A stretch of DNA of 64,000 bases from Dudresnaya verticillata (taxonomy: Eukaryota). Below are positions 1 to 11,900 of the stretch, piece after piece. A program made the position numbers and the translations under genes. Under the pieces are notes generated by a model, which saw only the letters and a list, made by a program, of their open reading frames with translations, was not told the DNA's origin and did no database searches. The stretch lies in NCBI GenBank assembly GCA_977862235.1, contig OZ374561.1:1-64000 (forward strand), in the 5' to 3' direction. Numbering within the stretch: the stretch's first letter is position 1; each line of letters opens with the position of its first letter.

Positions 1-1273
1 AACCCTAAAACCCTAAACCCCTAAACCCCTAAACCCCTAAACCCCTAAACCCTAAACCCCTAAACCCCTAAAACCCCTAAACCCCTAAACCCCTAAACCC
101 CTAAACCCCTAACCCTAAAACCCCTAAACCCCTAAACCCCTAAACCCCTAAACCCCTAAAACCCCTAAACCCCTAAACCCCTAAACCCCTAAACCCCTAA
201 ACCCCTAAACCCCTAAACCCCTAACCAAACCCTAAACCCTAAAACCCCTAAACCCTAAACCCTAAACCCCTAAACCCCTAAACCCCTAAACCCCTAAACT
301 CCTAAAACCCCTAAAAACCCCTAAAACCCTAAAAACCCCTAAACCCCTAAACCCCTAAACCCCTAAACCCCTAAACCCCTAAACCCCTAAACCCCTAAAC
401 CCCTAAACCCCTAAACCCCTAAACCCCTAAACCCCTAAACCCCTAAAACCCCTAAACCCCTAAACCCCTAAACCCCTAAACCCCTAAACCCCTAAACCCC
501 TAAACCCCTAAACCCCTAAACCCCTAAACCCCTAAACCCCTAAACCCCTAAACCCCTAAACCCCTAAACCCCTAAACCCCTAAACCCCTAAACCCCTAAA
601 CCCCTAAACCCCTAAACCCCTAAACCCCTAAAACCCCTAAACCCCTAAAACCCCTAAACCCCTAAACCCCTAAAACCCCTAAACCCCTAAACCCCTAAAC
701 CCCTAAACCCCTAAACCCCTAAACCCCTAAACCCCTAAACCCCTAAACCCCTAAACCCCTAAAGCCCTAAACCCCTAAAACCCCTAAACCCCTAAACCCC
801 TAAACCCCTAAACCCCTAAACCCCTAAACCCCTAAACCCCTAAACCCCTAAAACCCCTAAAAACCCCTAAACCCCTAAACCCCTAAAACCCCTAAACCCC
901 TAAAACCCCTAAACCCCTAAACCCCTAAACCCCTAAACCCCTAAAACCCCTAAACCCCTAAACCCCTAAACCCCTAAACCCCTAAACCCTAAACCCCTAA
1001 ACCCCTAAACCCCTAAACCCCTAAACCCCTAAAAACCCCTAAAACCCCTAAACCCCTAAACCCCTAAACCCCTAAACCCCTAAAACCCCTAAACCCCTAA
1101 ACCCCTAAACCCCTAAACCCCTAAAAACCCCTAAAACCCCTAAACCCCTAAACCCCTAAACCCCTAAACCCCTAAAACCCCTAAACCCCTAAAACCCCTA
1201 AACCCCTAAACCCCTAAAACCCCTAAAACCCCTAAAACCCCTAAACCCCTAAAAAACCCCTAAACCCCTAAAA
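1..1273 (+). repeat. Telomeric array (CCCCTAAA)n, i.e. TTTAGGGG on the G-strand; left chromosome end
   Basis: Uninterrupted tandem AAACCCCT from base 1 with the C-rich strand at the 5' end. Scattered variants in A- and C-run length may be real or read errors. Confidence 0.97.
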
Positions 1274-1870
1274 AGACCCCATTCACAGCGGTTCGCGCTT
1301 AAAATGTGCCCTTGATTTGCATACAATTCGTGGGCTGATTTCTTTCACAAAAAATGTTTTGATTCGCCTTGAGCAGTGGCCGCGAGCAAAAATACTGTAT
1401 TTCTTATCATACTTGGTCCCAAACACGTTTTGGTCTCTATCTCCTTAACGAAAACAGAGTTCAGAATCGCTCTTTCTGCACTAGTTCGGTGGGAATCCGA
1501 AAATGTGCAAAATCAGTACAGTGGAGAAGGGTAGCCCAGATGGTACTGTACAGAGCTCTAACCCCTAAACCCCAAAAGAATGCTCCGGCCTCGATTGCAA
1601 GTTTGCAAACGAGGCCGGTCGGTGAATTTGTCGTATAGCAGCTCAGTTTCATACTCGCGACGAGCCCCAACCCGGATTTCGGCTGTCGGCGTGCTAGCGA
1701 CTACGATTTTTCACGTGACAGCAAGTCGAGTACCTATCACTGACAAGAGGTCCGGCCTCAATTGCAAACTTGCAATCGAGGCCGGAGATCGAAAAGCACT
1801 CCAGGACTCCGGTATATGCATACCGGAGCCCGGGTTAGAAGTATAGTTTAAGTTTACAAGTTGGTTATGC

Positions 1871-4800
1871 TCATTCTGACTCAGATTCGGACTGATCGGA
1901 CTCCTCCTCATACTCTTCCGAGGAGTCCTCCTTCCTCCTCCTACGCTGTGTAGAATCCCGACGCCCACTGTCATTTTCCCGCCTTCTCTTGCGATTGCTT
2001 TGTTTCTTCGGACACCTATTCCATCCGAGTTTGTGCTGGGCATGCGAGAATGCTGCCTGCAGCCCTCCCAACAGCTGGTCCTCGGTGTCGTCGGGGACCG
2101 CAAACGTTGTCATGTCAAGCCTTCCCAGTTCATCCATCCTGTTCAGTGCCTCGGCTGGTGATATACCTTTTGGTATCTCCTCCAGGGACGCCATTAAAGA
2201 CACGACCCCGGCTGCAAGCGTTTCCGTGACGTCTTTGCGTTCACTCTCTGACCCCTTGTGCCTGGATACCATCTCCGATATTGCGCCATCTATTACTACG
2301 CTTAGGTTCTTAGCCCCTTTCTTGCGCCATCTCTTCGCATTACTTCTCTTCGGGGTGGCAACTTGTGTAGACGTCTTCCTGCGGGCTTGTGTAGGAGGCA
2401 CGGCCTCATAATCCACGTGGAGACTTTTGCGGATAGGGAGACCGGTTCTTAACGGTACTTCGATTGAGTTACGACGTTCCATCTCCTCCTGATCCAAAAA
2501 TTCAGCCATGAACATGAGACGGTCGTTCTCTGTCTCGAAGTTATTCCTCAGCAAGATTGGTTCCTTGAGCGTTACCCCCAGATTACCGGGTGCTTGTGCT
2601 TCCGCGATAGCACCAAGCACACGGGAAATCCTCGTCGGTATCCGGTTCTTCACCCATCCATCGGGCTCAAACTTGTTCGCAGCTTCCTCCAGTTCGCGGA
2701 ATATGGCAAGGTCGAACATTACGCCTCCAAGTCTGCCACGGTCTTTGGGTTCGGTTCTCATCTTGCTTTCCGGATCGCCAAACCACAGGTCCATGTCGTA
2801 GAGTGACCCGTTCAAGAGCTCGCGGAGAATACCTTGAATTCCGGGCAACGCCATTGCAACGATGCACAGCATGTTGGCGTCGTAGTCCAGAAACCCTTTG
2901 ATGCCATCCTCCGGTTCACGGGCTAGAATAGCCAGCGGCTTTCCGGGCTCCCTGCACCCCCTGTTCTCAAACTCTTCCTGACTGGGTCTGTACACCCAAA
3001 GATTGGCGGAAAAGTATTCGAACACTGCCTTGTTGTGTGTCGGTAACCCTACCATGCAGTTTCCGGCTTGGAAAACACAGTTGATGCTGCTCAGGCCGAG
3101 AAGACAGCAGCAAACACGGAAAGCAGCAGTAGCACAGCGTCGACCAACCGCCCCAGCGAGCTTGAACTTCGAGTTGAGGCCACGTGTGGCATTCAGTGCG
3201 TGAAATCGGTAAGCAGAACACAGTGCGGTCTTCGGTGGGTTTCTCGGCTTGTGACCCTCTTCAACTCGGGCCCAATGCTTCAAGTTGGAGCCGTTTCCTT
3301 CCACACAATCCCTGTCAAGTCTTCGAATCGCTGCTACCATGACAAAGCCGATAACCTCAGACATCAGAACAGTTCCTTCGCCTTCGGCAATAAGGTACGC
3401 ACAGACCTCTTCGTCACTGTATGAAGCTTTCTGTGCTGGCCCGTCTTTCAATAGGCGATTTTTGAACCGAAGACTCTTGTCGCCAAAGATTCCCTTGACA
3501 GTCTGGAAGGCCTTCGTCTTCAATTCTCGGTACTTTTCCCCCTCGTACGGCAACTCAAAGCGAACCGGTGTTCCACCTTTCTGTTCAGACTTCTCGCGGT
3601 CGATTAGCACTTCAATTGGCCATGTTACTGCGAGGTCCCCAGCGATTAACTCCAGGCACGCAGTGCAGGCTGGACAGCGATGACGGATCTTGTTGTGCTC
3701 CAAAGAGATTCCACCGCGAATGAACAGGAGGTCTGTGTTCCTGATCGCCATGTGGAGATAGGACTTGGTCTGCGACTGGTCCATATCAGATTTGACGTCT
3801 TCTCGAGTTAGAGAAGTGCCAACACCCTTGAGGAATTGCTGCGAGAGCTTCTCGTCCTTTTCACGAATGGCAGCAAAAGACTTGGGCAACAGAAGGGAAG
3901 TGTTCTTGGCCAGCCCTCTTCTTTCCCCCGGCACGTCCCATCCACCGAGTAGTCTCAACCCTGACATCCTTGTAAAGTCCGGCTCCGTGGAATACCTAAG
4001 ATTGACCGCCGCAGTGAGATATTCATAGAACATTTCATCCAAAACCAATGGTGTTTGCGTGCCCGGCCTCGATTGCAAGCTTGCAATCGAGGCCGGAGTC
4101 TGCTCTCCAAGAATTTCTCCGGCATGGTCTATAATTCCTGTGCACCACTTACAAGTGTCCGTCTTGTTGAAGAAAATACTCCTCTTGGTCGGCACCATTC
4201 GGGCCTTTCCGGTTCTCTGCCGGGCACAGGATACAATCATCTGTATGGCAGAACTCTTCGCGCCATTCGTGGTTGCCATGTTCAGATGGTTTGCCATAGA
4301 GGTAAAGACACCCTCCATCCACGATCCGACATTAGAGATCCTCTCCACTTTGCCAGTCGCAGCTTCTGCAAACTCCCACCACCCTTTGTACTGTTCTTTG
4401 GGTATGACTAGCACAGAAAAGCGTAGAGAGAGTCTGTACCCCTTCACAGCGACCGTTGTGAGGCGACCATTGCCGTCGATAATACCGACTACAGTGCCGT
4501 CCGGTACGCGCGGCTCCCCGTGTTCGTCAAACCAGGTTGGCGGTAGTACTGGGCGCCTACCTTCCTTGAAGAAATAAAGACGTGTAGGGCCGGAGGGCTT
4601 CCCTCCAGTTGATGGTTTTCCAATCTGAATAGAGTCGATGTCTTCGGCGGCAATGTCGACGCCTAGATCCTCTTCAAGAATGCACAACGTCATGTACCCC
4701 ATACTATCCACAACACGCGGTTTGCGGTCCGCTCCCGCAGTGAGAAGTCCGTCGACTGTCTCAATGTTGTTTTCAGTGATCATACGGATATTGCTCGTCG

Positions 4801-6235
4801 GAACGGCAATGGGAGCCGTCCCGAACTCTCCTTCAAGTGCCCCGGCCCTTTCGCTCTCGTCGACGTCATTGTGCCTGAGAGGCTGCTGAAATATGACGGT
4901 CTTAGTGGACTTTTCCGTTCTGACGAGGGCCCAAGTCTCGAGCAACTCACTAACGATTGGGGCCTCGGGAAGGCAGGGCACGCGAACGCCTTCGATCAGC
5001 TCAAACGCTTCGTACCTGTCCTTGGTGGCGGCATACATGACAGTGCGTTCCAGGGCTTCATATACATCTTCGGGTCCTCCCAAGGATTCCGAGCGCCCCT
5101 CGCGGTCAGATGCAGGTCCGGATTTCGCTCTAGCTGCTTTTGCAGCTCGGCTCGGTGGAGGGGATCGCACTTTCTCGGTAGAGGTCTTCTCGGCGGATAC
5201 AAGCATCTGTTGAGGCAATTGTATGGACGTCGGTTCAGAGGAAGGTCGTGGGGAGTAGTGCGGCCAGGTTGGCGAGTACGCGTCGGAGACCGGGAGCATC
5301 GAACCGGTCAAGTCAGAAACCGGGGGAAGGGTTTCATTCGCTTTTCCCTTCTCGATCCGTTCCTCGTCCAGTTGAGAGTCGGGCACTATGACGTTGGCCG
5401 ACGGCTGGGTGAGAGGCGGACGGACATCCTCCGGGGTCGCTGGAACCTCTGCAAGTTTTGCGGGCTCAGTTTCCGATGGATCTGGAACGGCGTCTTTCTG
5501 TGGAACACCAACCCCTTCCACATCTTCGCGGTCCGGCCTCGTTTGCAAGTTTGCAATCGAGGCCGGCTGAGCAGAGACGGGTGCCAAGCTTGCAGTTGTG
5601 TCCTTCTCGTCCACCAATACTCGCCTCTGGACCGGCGAGAGGTGCATTCGTAGACGTGTGGGAGATTGCTCGGCTTTCGGTGGCGTCTCAGGCGCGCCTG
5701 ATTCCGGCCTGGTCGGCAGTTCCGCTTGCGAAGCAACGGTATCGTTCCTAAAGCTAGGTTCCGGACTCGGTTGGCCGTTTGCAATAGGAGCAGGGATGGA
5801 CCGTATGTGCACCCGTTTCTTGGACTGTGGAACCTTCACAGGGCCATTATTCTTCCCTGTCGTCTCGGCGCTAGCAGGACGATCCTTTCCCGGCCTCGAT
5901 TGCGAGTTTTCAATCGAGGCCGGGGTCTTCGGCGGAGCGATTGTTGGAGGCCTTGCTACTGGGGGAAGCGTTGTCGCCGGAACGTTACTTGCCGGCCTCG
6001 ATTGCAAGTTTGCAATCGAGGCCGGCGTGCGAGCTGGCCCATCTTCTGCCGGCCTCGATTGCAAGTTTGCAATCGGGGCCGGCGAACTGTCTCGAGACGA
6101 TTCTGCATCACAAATTTCTTCTCTTCCGGATTGTCGAGTTGTCCTTCTGGTGCCCGGGGCAGTGTTGCCAGCACCAGTACGTTTCCCCGGCACCTTTGCG
6201 GGTTTCTTCTGCCCCATCTCGCACTCTCGCTTCAC
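1871..6235 (-). CDS. 1454-aa protein of unknown function: low-complexity N-terminus with palindrome-encoded PASIANLQSRP repeats, putative ParB/Srx-like domain, Cys cluster, acidic tail
   Basis: Intact 4.4-kb ORF. NIRMITENNIETV...VVGIIDGNGRL resembles the ParB-like segment of the ORF at 54376. It also has RCPACTAC. The start codon is uncertain. Confidence 0.75.
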   Translation of the reverse strand: MKRECEMGQKKPAKVPGKRTGAGNTAPGTRRTTRQSGREEICDAESSRDSSPAPIANLQSRPAEDGPARTPASIANLQSRPASNVPATTLPPVARPPTIAPPKTPASIENSQSRPGKDRPASAETTGKNNGPVKVPQSKKRVHIRSIPAPIANGQPSPEPSFRNDTVASQAELPTRPESGAPETPPKAEQSPTRLRMHLSPVQRRVLVDEKDTTASLAPVSAQPASIANLQTRPDREDVEGVGVPQKDAVPDPSETEPAKLAEVPATPEDVRPPLTQPSANVIVPDSQLDEERIEKGKANETLPPVSDLTGSMLPVSDAYSPTWPHYSPRPSSEPTSIQLPQQMLVSAEKTSTEKVRSPPPSRAAKAARAKSGPASDREGRSESLGGPEDVYEALERTVMYAATKDRYEAFELIEGVRVPCLPEAPIVSELLETWALVRTEKSTKTVIFQQPLRHNDVDESERAGALEGEFGTAPIAVPTSNIRMITENNIETVDGLLTAGADRKPRVVDSMGYMTLCILEEDLGVDIAAEDIDSIQIGKPSTGGKPSGPTRLYFFKEGRRPVLPPTWFDEHGEPRVPDGTVVGIIDGNGRLTTVAVKGYRLSLRFSVLVIPKEQYKGWWEFAEAATGKVERISNVGSWMEGVFTSMANHLNMATTNGAKSSAIQMIVSCARQRTGKARMVPTKRSIFFNKTDTCKWCTGIIDHAGEILGEQTPASIASLQSRPGTQTPLVLDEMFYEYLTAAVNLRYSTEPDFTRMSGLRLLGGWDVPGERRGLAKNTSLLLPKSFAAIREKDEKLSQQFLKGVGTSLTREDVKSDMDQSQTKSYLHMAIRNTDLLFIRGGISLEHNKIRHRCPACTACLELIAGDLAVTWPIEVLIDREKSEQKGGTPVRFELPYEGEKYRELKTKAFQTVKGIFGDKSLRFKNRLLKDGPAQKASYSDEEVCAYLIAEGEGTVLMSEVIGFVMVAAIRRLDRDCVEGNGSNLKHWARVEEGHKPRNPPKTALCSAYRFHALNATRGLNSKFKLAGAVGRRCATAAFRVCCCLLGLSSINCVFQAGNCMVGLPTHNKAVFEYFSANLWVYRPSQEEFENRGCREPGKPLAILAREPEDGIKGFLDYDANMLCIVAMALPGIQGILRELLNGSLYDMDLWFGDPESKMRTEPKDRGRLGGVMFDLAIFRELEEAANKFEPDGWVKNRIPTRISRVLGAIAEAQAPGNLGVTLKEPILLRNNFETENDRLMFMAEFLDQEEMERRNSIEVPLRTGLPIRKSLHVDYEAVPPTQARRKTSTQVATPKRSNAKRWRKKGAKNLSVVIDGAISEMVSRHKGSESERKDVTETLAAGVVSLMASLEEIPKGISPAEALNRMDELGRLDMTTFAVPDDTEDQLLGGLQAAFSHAQHKLGWNRCPKKQSNRKRRRENDSGRRDSTQRRRRKEDSSEEYEEESDQSESESE

Positions 6236-6259
6236 TCAACCCTAATTCCAGCGAAACCA

Positions 6260-7330
6260 CGACAGCACAGAACAGACGAGAAGCACCAGCAGAGTCAGGA
6301 CCAGAAGAAGAGCGGCAGACCAAACAACAGAGCACCACGGAATTCACGACGCGCAGCAGCGGCTGCAGCAGTAGAACGAGCGGGGTAGAGCGGCGCACAA
6401 CCCTAAACCAAAGCAGCGAGCCCAAAGACCAGACCAGCGCGACGACACACCAGACAAAAACCACAGCGCAGCAGTGAAACAGCGGGAACAAAGCACCGAG
6501 GACAACGACCAGAGCAGCGCGACGGCACACCAGACAACAGCAGTAGCGGGTAGCAGCGAAACAGCGGGAGCGAAGCAGGACACTGCAGTAGACCGAGCGG
6601 GCCGGAGCAGCGCACAAACCACGACCAAAGCAGCGACAAAAACGACCAGAGCAGCGCGAAGACACACAACACAACAACCACAGCGAGCAGCAGCGAAACA
6701 GCGGGCGCAGAGCTGGACACAGCAGTAGGCCGAGCGGCCCGGGGAAGCGCACAAACCACGACCAAAGCAGCGACAACAACGACCAGAGCAGCGCGACGGC
6801 ACACAAGACAACAACCACAGGCGAAACAGCGGAGCAAAGCAGAACAACTCCAGACGACAACGGCAGCGCGCGAGCCACCGAAAAAACAGTGTTGTAGACG
6901 CGCACAGCGAGGGCGCGCAACGAGGTAGAGTGAGCACGCTAGGGGCGCCGTGCACGGGAGTGCACACGGACGGTGGCGGGATGTGTAGCGAGCGCGCGGG
7001 CGGTGGCGCGATGTGTAGCGAGCGCGCCGGCGGTGGCGCAATGTGCAGAGGGCACGGCGTCGGGAGCGATATGTAGCGAGGGCGCGGGCGCGACGGCGGG
7101 AGTGCAGTGCGGGGAGCACGCGCGGGCAGGCGCGATATGCTGCAGAGTCCAGCGGCGGGGAGCACGCGCGGGCAGACGCGATATGCTGCAGAGTCCAGCG
7201 GCGGGGTCGCGATGCACAGGAGGGTGGCAGCGCGGAGTGCAATGTGCACGAGGGGGTGAGCGGGTGAGGGGGTGTGCATGCGGAAGGTGCGCGCGTGCGG
7301 TGGAAGGGTTTTTGTGCGGGAGCGCGAGAG
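6260..7330. repeat. GC-rich imperfect subtelomeric repeats upstream of the 1454-aa ORF
   Basis: Recurrent CAGAGCAGCGCGACGGCACAC, GCGCACAAACCACGACCAAAGCAGCGAC, GATGTGTAGCGAGCGCGC and GCGATATGCTGCAGAGTCCAGCGGCGGGG units. Confidence 0.75.
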
Positions 7331-7689
7331 CGCTCTGTGCCTTCCACGCTCTGCCAGATGAGCGCCACATCATCCCGTTGACGCAACCGCCGCCGCCGCC
7401 GCCGCGCAAAAAAACGGCCCAAAAATTACAAATAATAAACGGTCATGACCGTTGCGTACCCTAAACCGGTGCCGCAGTGATCCGGTTCAGACACAATCTG
7501 ACCGTTCACTTAATCTGCCACCACACAGCCCACCACGCGTGCGACTGACCCCTCCTACTCCTCCTCCCTCACCACGCCTCTCTTACCCCATTAGCTCTAT
7601 ACCGCCTTGCTCCTCACCCGCCCGCACCAACCGCTCCCCTCTACCGCTACGCCTAAAGCGCTCGCTCACACCGTCATCGCTCTCCCGCC

Positions 7690-7960
7690 GGGCTGCGCGC
7701 TGTCTCTCGTTCTGTGCTGCCGTCGCGCTCCCGCTCGGTGCTGCGCTCGCCGCCGTCGCTCCTGGGCTGGGCTGTGCGCTGCTTTCTCGCTGTTGGCCTG
7801 TGCTGCGCTGTTGCATTGTGCTGCGCGCGACCCTTTTGTGCTCTACCGCCGTCGCTCCTGGGCCGTGCTGCGCGCTCTCTCTCGTTCTGTGCTGCCGTCG
7901 CGCTCCCGCTCGGTGCTGCGCTCGCCGCAGTCGCTCCTGGGCTGGGCTGTGCGCCGCTTC
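7690..7960. repeat. Direct duplication with a period of about 175 bp
   Basis: CTCTCGTTCTGTGCTGCCGTCGCGCTCCCGCTCGGTGCTGCGCTCGCCGC occurs near 7704 and near 7879. Confidence 0.85.
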
Positions 7961-8954
7961 CTCGATGTTGGGCTGTGCTACGCGCGCAAACCCTGCAGGA
8001 AAAGCGTCTAGGAAGGACAGCCTGTACTGAAGCATGCGGGCCATGCTTGTGAACTGCGATTTCGAGCTCCGGCCTCAATTGCAAGTTCGCAACCGAGGCC
8101 GGGCACGGTTTTCAGGGGCTATTTCTTTCGTCAAGCCACGTTTTGATTGCCAACAGGTATTATGGACCACATCTGTGATCCGGCCTGGATTGCAAACTTG
8201 CAATCGAGGCCGGATCGAAGATGTGGTCTACGCTTTTTTACTGCTCCTTTCGTCAAGCTACGTCTTGGTAACTTGACAAAAGGAAGCGCAATCGGCCTCG
8301 TCAAGCTACGTCTTGGTTGCAACTATGTCTTGGGGAACACATGCGCAACCCAGCCCAGCCCTATTTGCACACTTGCAATTGATGGCGCTTTTCGGTGCTG
8401 TTCCTGCCGTCAATGTCTTTTTCGATGGTAGCTACGCCTTAGAACACATCGACAATGACCCTGGCCTCGATTGCAAGTTTGCAACCGAGGCCGGACATTC
8501 CTTTCGTCTTGTTACACCTTGGTTGCCGCCCGACCTTACAGCACGTGCACACATCCAGGCCTAAGTTGCAAGCTTGCAACCTTAGCCGGACATCCTTTCT
8601 CGGCGTCGTGAGTCTCTGCCGTGATTGCAACTACCCGTCAGACCATATGTGCGCGATCCGGCGTCGATTGCAAACTTTCAATCGAAGCCGAGAACACTTT
8701 TCCGGTTTTGTTTCTTTCGTCTACCTCCGTTCTGATTGTAACTAACCCGTCAGAACGCAAGCGCAGACACACTTTCCCGGTGTCATTCCTTTCATCGACA
8801 CCAGTTTGAATTGCAGGTACGCGTTGGGGAACATGCAAGTGATCCGGCCTCGGTAGGAAACTTGCGATCTAAGCTGTGTATTTATTTCCGGTGCCGTTTG
8901 ACGTATCCGGCCACGATTTCAGATTTACAAACTAGGCCGTAGCTCTCTTCTGTT

Positions 8955-11900
8955 TCAGTCTCGTTGCTGCTCTTCGTCTGTTACTTTCACAACGAATTCG
9001 CAACAGTCCAGAATGCCTGGCGGTTTTAGAACGCGATCGTTCAAAAGCCATTTGGAGAATTCATTATCGGAAAAGTTCCCACTTAGGCCCTTATCCATCA
9101 ACTCCGATAACATCCGCCGTTTCAGGACAGGATTTCTCCAACAGGCAAATGAGGCTACTACGGGCTTCCAGAATGGACACAACGCCCGACTGCTGTATTC
9201 ATTCGTCCCGTCACGCCGTGTGCCGTTTCCGTGGTGCACCCGCTCGCCTCCAAACGTTCTTATCGAACATTCGGTGCATCCTGTCACCTTGGTACCCCTC
9301 CTAGCTATCGGTCTGACTAGGCACTGATATGCGTCGTGCCCAGAGCCAAGACATCGGAGACACCTCCCGCTGTAACAATGAATATTGTGACTGTACGTGC
9401 CCTCCCTGCTCTTGCCAACGCATGGTGGGCATATGCTCTCCATTCGGGAAACAAGTGCGCGGAGTCGGTCCACGTTCCGTTTAACCTCTTCCGTTTTGAT
9501 TACAGTTACAACGTTTCGAGGTGGCGGAGGGGCGTGACAGCGAATATTATGCACTGGGTTGGTCGTACGGCAGTTTGAATCAGGTTCCGTTTCGGCTCCT
9601 CCCAGCAACATATTCGCGCATACATCGCACATGGATGTGCTTTGTGAGTCGTCTCCTCTGCGCTCCCAGCACTCCTCCGTTCCAGCAGGACACCCAAGAT
9701 ATCTTTCCAGTGCCAGTTTCCGGCACGACCTAGTGTCTGTGATCCATCGAATCACGTCATCTAGAAGTGGGATTGCACTGCTATCCGATACATTTGCACG
9801 ATCACGAAAGGAAGGATGGAATAGCACCGTGACGACGCCACGGGACCCATCTCGGCCCACGCGTCCCGCTATCTGTGCCATGTCCAGCATGGTCCTCGTG
9901 CAGCCAAAGATAATCACACGGCGCACATCGGGTGCATCTATTCCGGTACCGAACCCATCCGTTGCAACCATCACAAATATCTTCCCATTGGAGGCGCCCG
10001 TCTGACACCACGTGTCGGCATTTGCCTCCCTCTGCATGTCCGTCATACCACTGTGGTAACGCCTCACCGTCACGTCTGCTTCCCGTATATGCGCCCTGCG
10101 GATCAGACTGCTGCACTCGTCTGCATCGCTTCGCGTGAGAACAGATACTAGGCACTTTCCACCACCCTTGGTCCTGATCTCACGAATCGCCGCGGCAACG
10201 GATTCTTTCAATACGTTTCGAATTTCAAACTCTTCCGTATTCTCGAGATTCTTCACTACGATTGACACGTTGTCTCTTCTCAGAAAACCTCGCACAACAA
10301 CTGTCTTGCAAGGGTCGCATCCATTCGCTGCAATAATGGAATCCTCGAGACACAGCGGTGCCGTGGCCGTCATCAGGACAGTCTGTGCACGTATGCCATC
10401 TGGGCGCACAAGCCTCATTGCCGTCATACAAGACCGGTAGTGCGCAGACTATATAATCATATGCGCTTCATCCACCACAAATCGGCAGAGCAACCTTCTT
10501 GCGTACAAGTTCCCGACAACTTCCACGTATTTCTTGGAATTTACAGCTTCAGGCTGCACAAGCAAAATGCCGCGTTCCAAAGATGATCCCGTCTCTCGGT
10601 CTCGGAGATCATTCAGCGTGTGAAAGACGAGCTCAGCTTCCCGGCACCTCTTCTCAATCTCTTTAGAGAGGGATTTCAATGGCGAAATGAATACTGTCAC
10701 GCCTGCCTCGTTGGTGCAGGGTCCAAATATAACGGCTGTCTTGCCACCTCCCGTCCTCAACACGATCAAGGCGTCCACAGCACCCTCAGCAACAACCTCC
10801 ATAGCTCTTCGCTGTTCCGGACTTCGAAACTGCGCTTCTGGTGTCCTCAGCACCCTTCGGAGGTGTTCTTCTACGTCAACATCTCGCTGGAACGGGAATC
10901 GGATCTCGTCCTCTGCATCCAAATCTTCCGCATTTGCTGTGCTCCCTGGACTTCCAATGCTCATCAACTCGTCTTGATCTTCGGCACTACCCGTGACTTC
11001 ATACATTGGTTCCCCACCCACGCCACTTCCGGACGATGGGTCCGCATTGTTCGTACGAAGGGATTCGCCACGGCTGGGTTCCCGTTCACGGCTGGGTTCC
11101 CGTGGACTACTTGGCGAGGTCAACGGCGCCATGCCCTTCTGTTCTTTCGCCTCCACTCCCACGGCCGGTCCCTGTTCCACACTTGCAATACTGTTCGGAA
11201 CCACTGGATCCATTGAAGTACCTGGCTCCTCAGTGGGCGCCATGGGTGCCTGCTTGTCCGACCTCGGATGTACATTTTCAACCATGTCGGCGGCTGTTCT
11301 ACTACCATTTCCATCTGCTTCGCTACTCGGAGCACAGTCCTCCGTCTCCATTCGATCCATTGCCCACAAATGCAACCTTTCGAAAACGTCCATTTCCCGA
11401 ATTGACCTCCTTCCGTACAGCAACCGCTGAAAGGTCAAGCAAGTCTGTTCACCTACCTCTTTTCCCCCCTTCGGCCTCGATCTCAAGCTTGCAATCTGGG
11501 CCGGCACCATCACTTCCTCCGCTATACTCGGATTCTCCACCGAGGTCAAACAAGTCTGCTTTTCCACCTCTTTTTCGCAGCTTGCAACCTCGGCCGCCAC
11601 CATCACTTCCTCCGCTATACTCGGATTCTCCAACGAGGTCAAACAAGTCTGCTTTTCCACCTCTTTTTCGCAGCTTGCAACCTCGGCCGCCACCATCACT
11701 TCCTTCGCTAGACTCGGATTCTCCACCGAGGTCAAACAAGTCTGTTTTTCCACCTCTTTTCCACCGTCCGGCCTCGATTGCAACCTTGCAATCTCGGCCG
11801 GCACCATCGGTTCCTCCGCTAGAGTCGATGTATGCCTTGTATTATCTATCTCCATGCATACATCCGGCCTCGGCCCCACACCTGCAACCTTAGCGACCGC

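Noticed and set aside
6108..8084. Many overlapping 130-340 aa ORFs
   Set aside because: They arise from GC-rich, stop-poor repeats, are low complexity and show no recognisable motifs.
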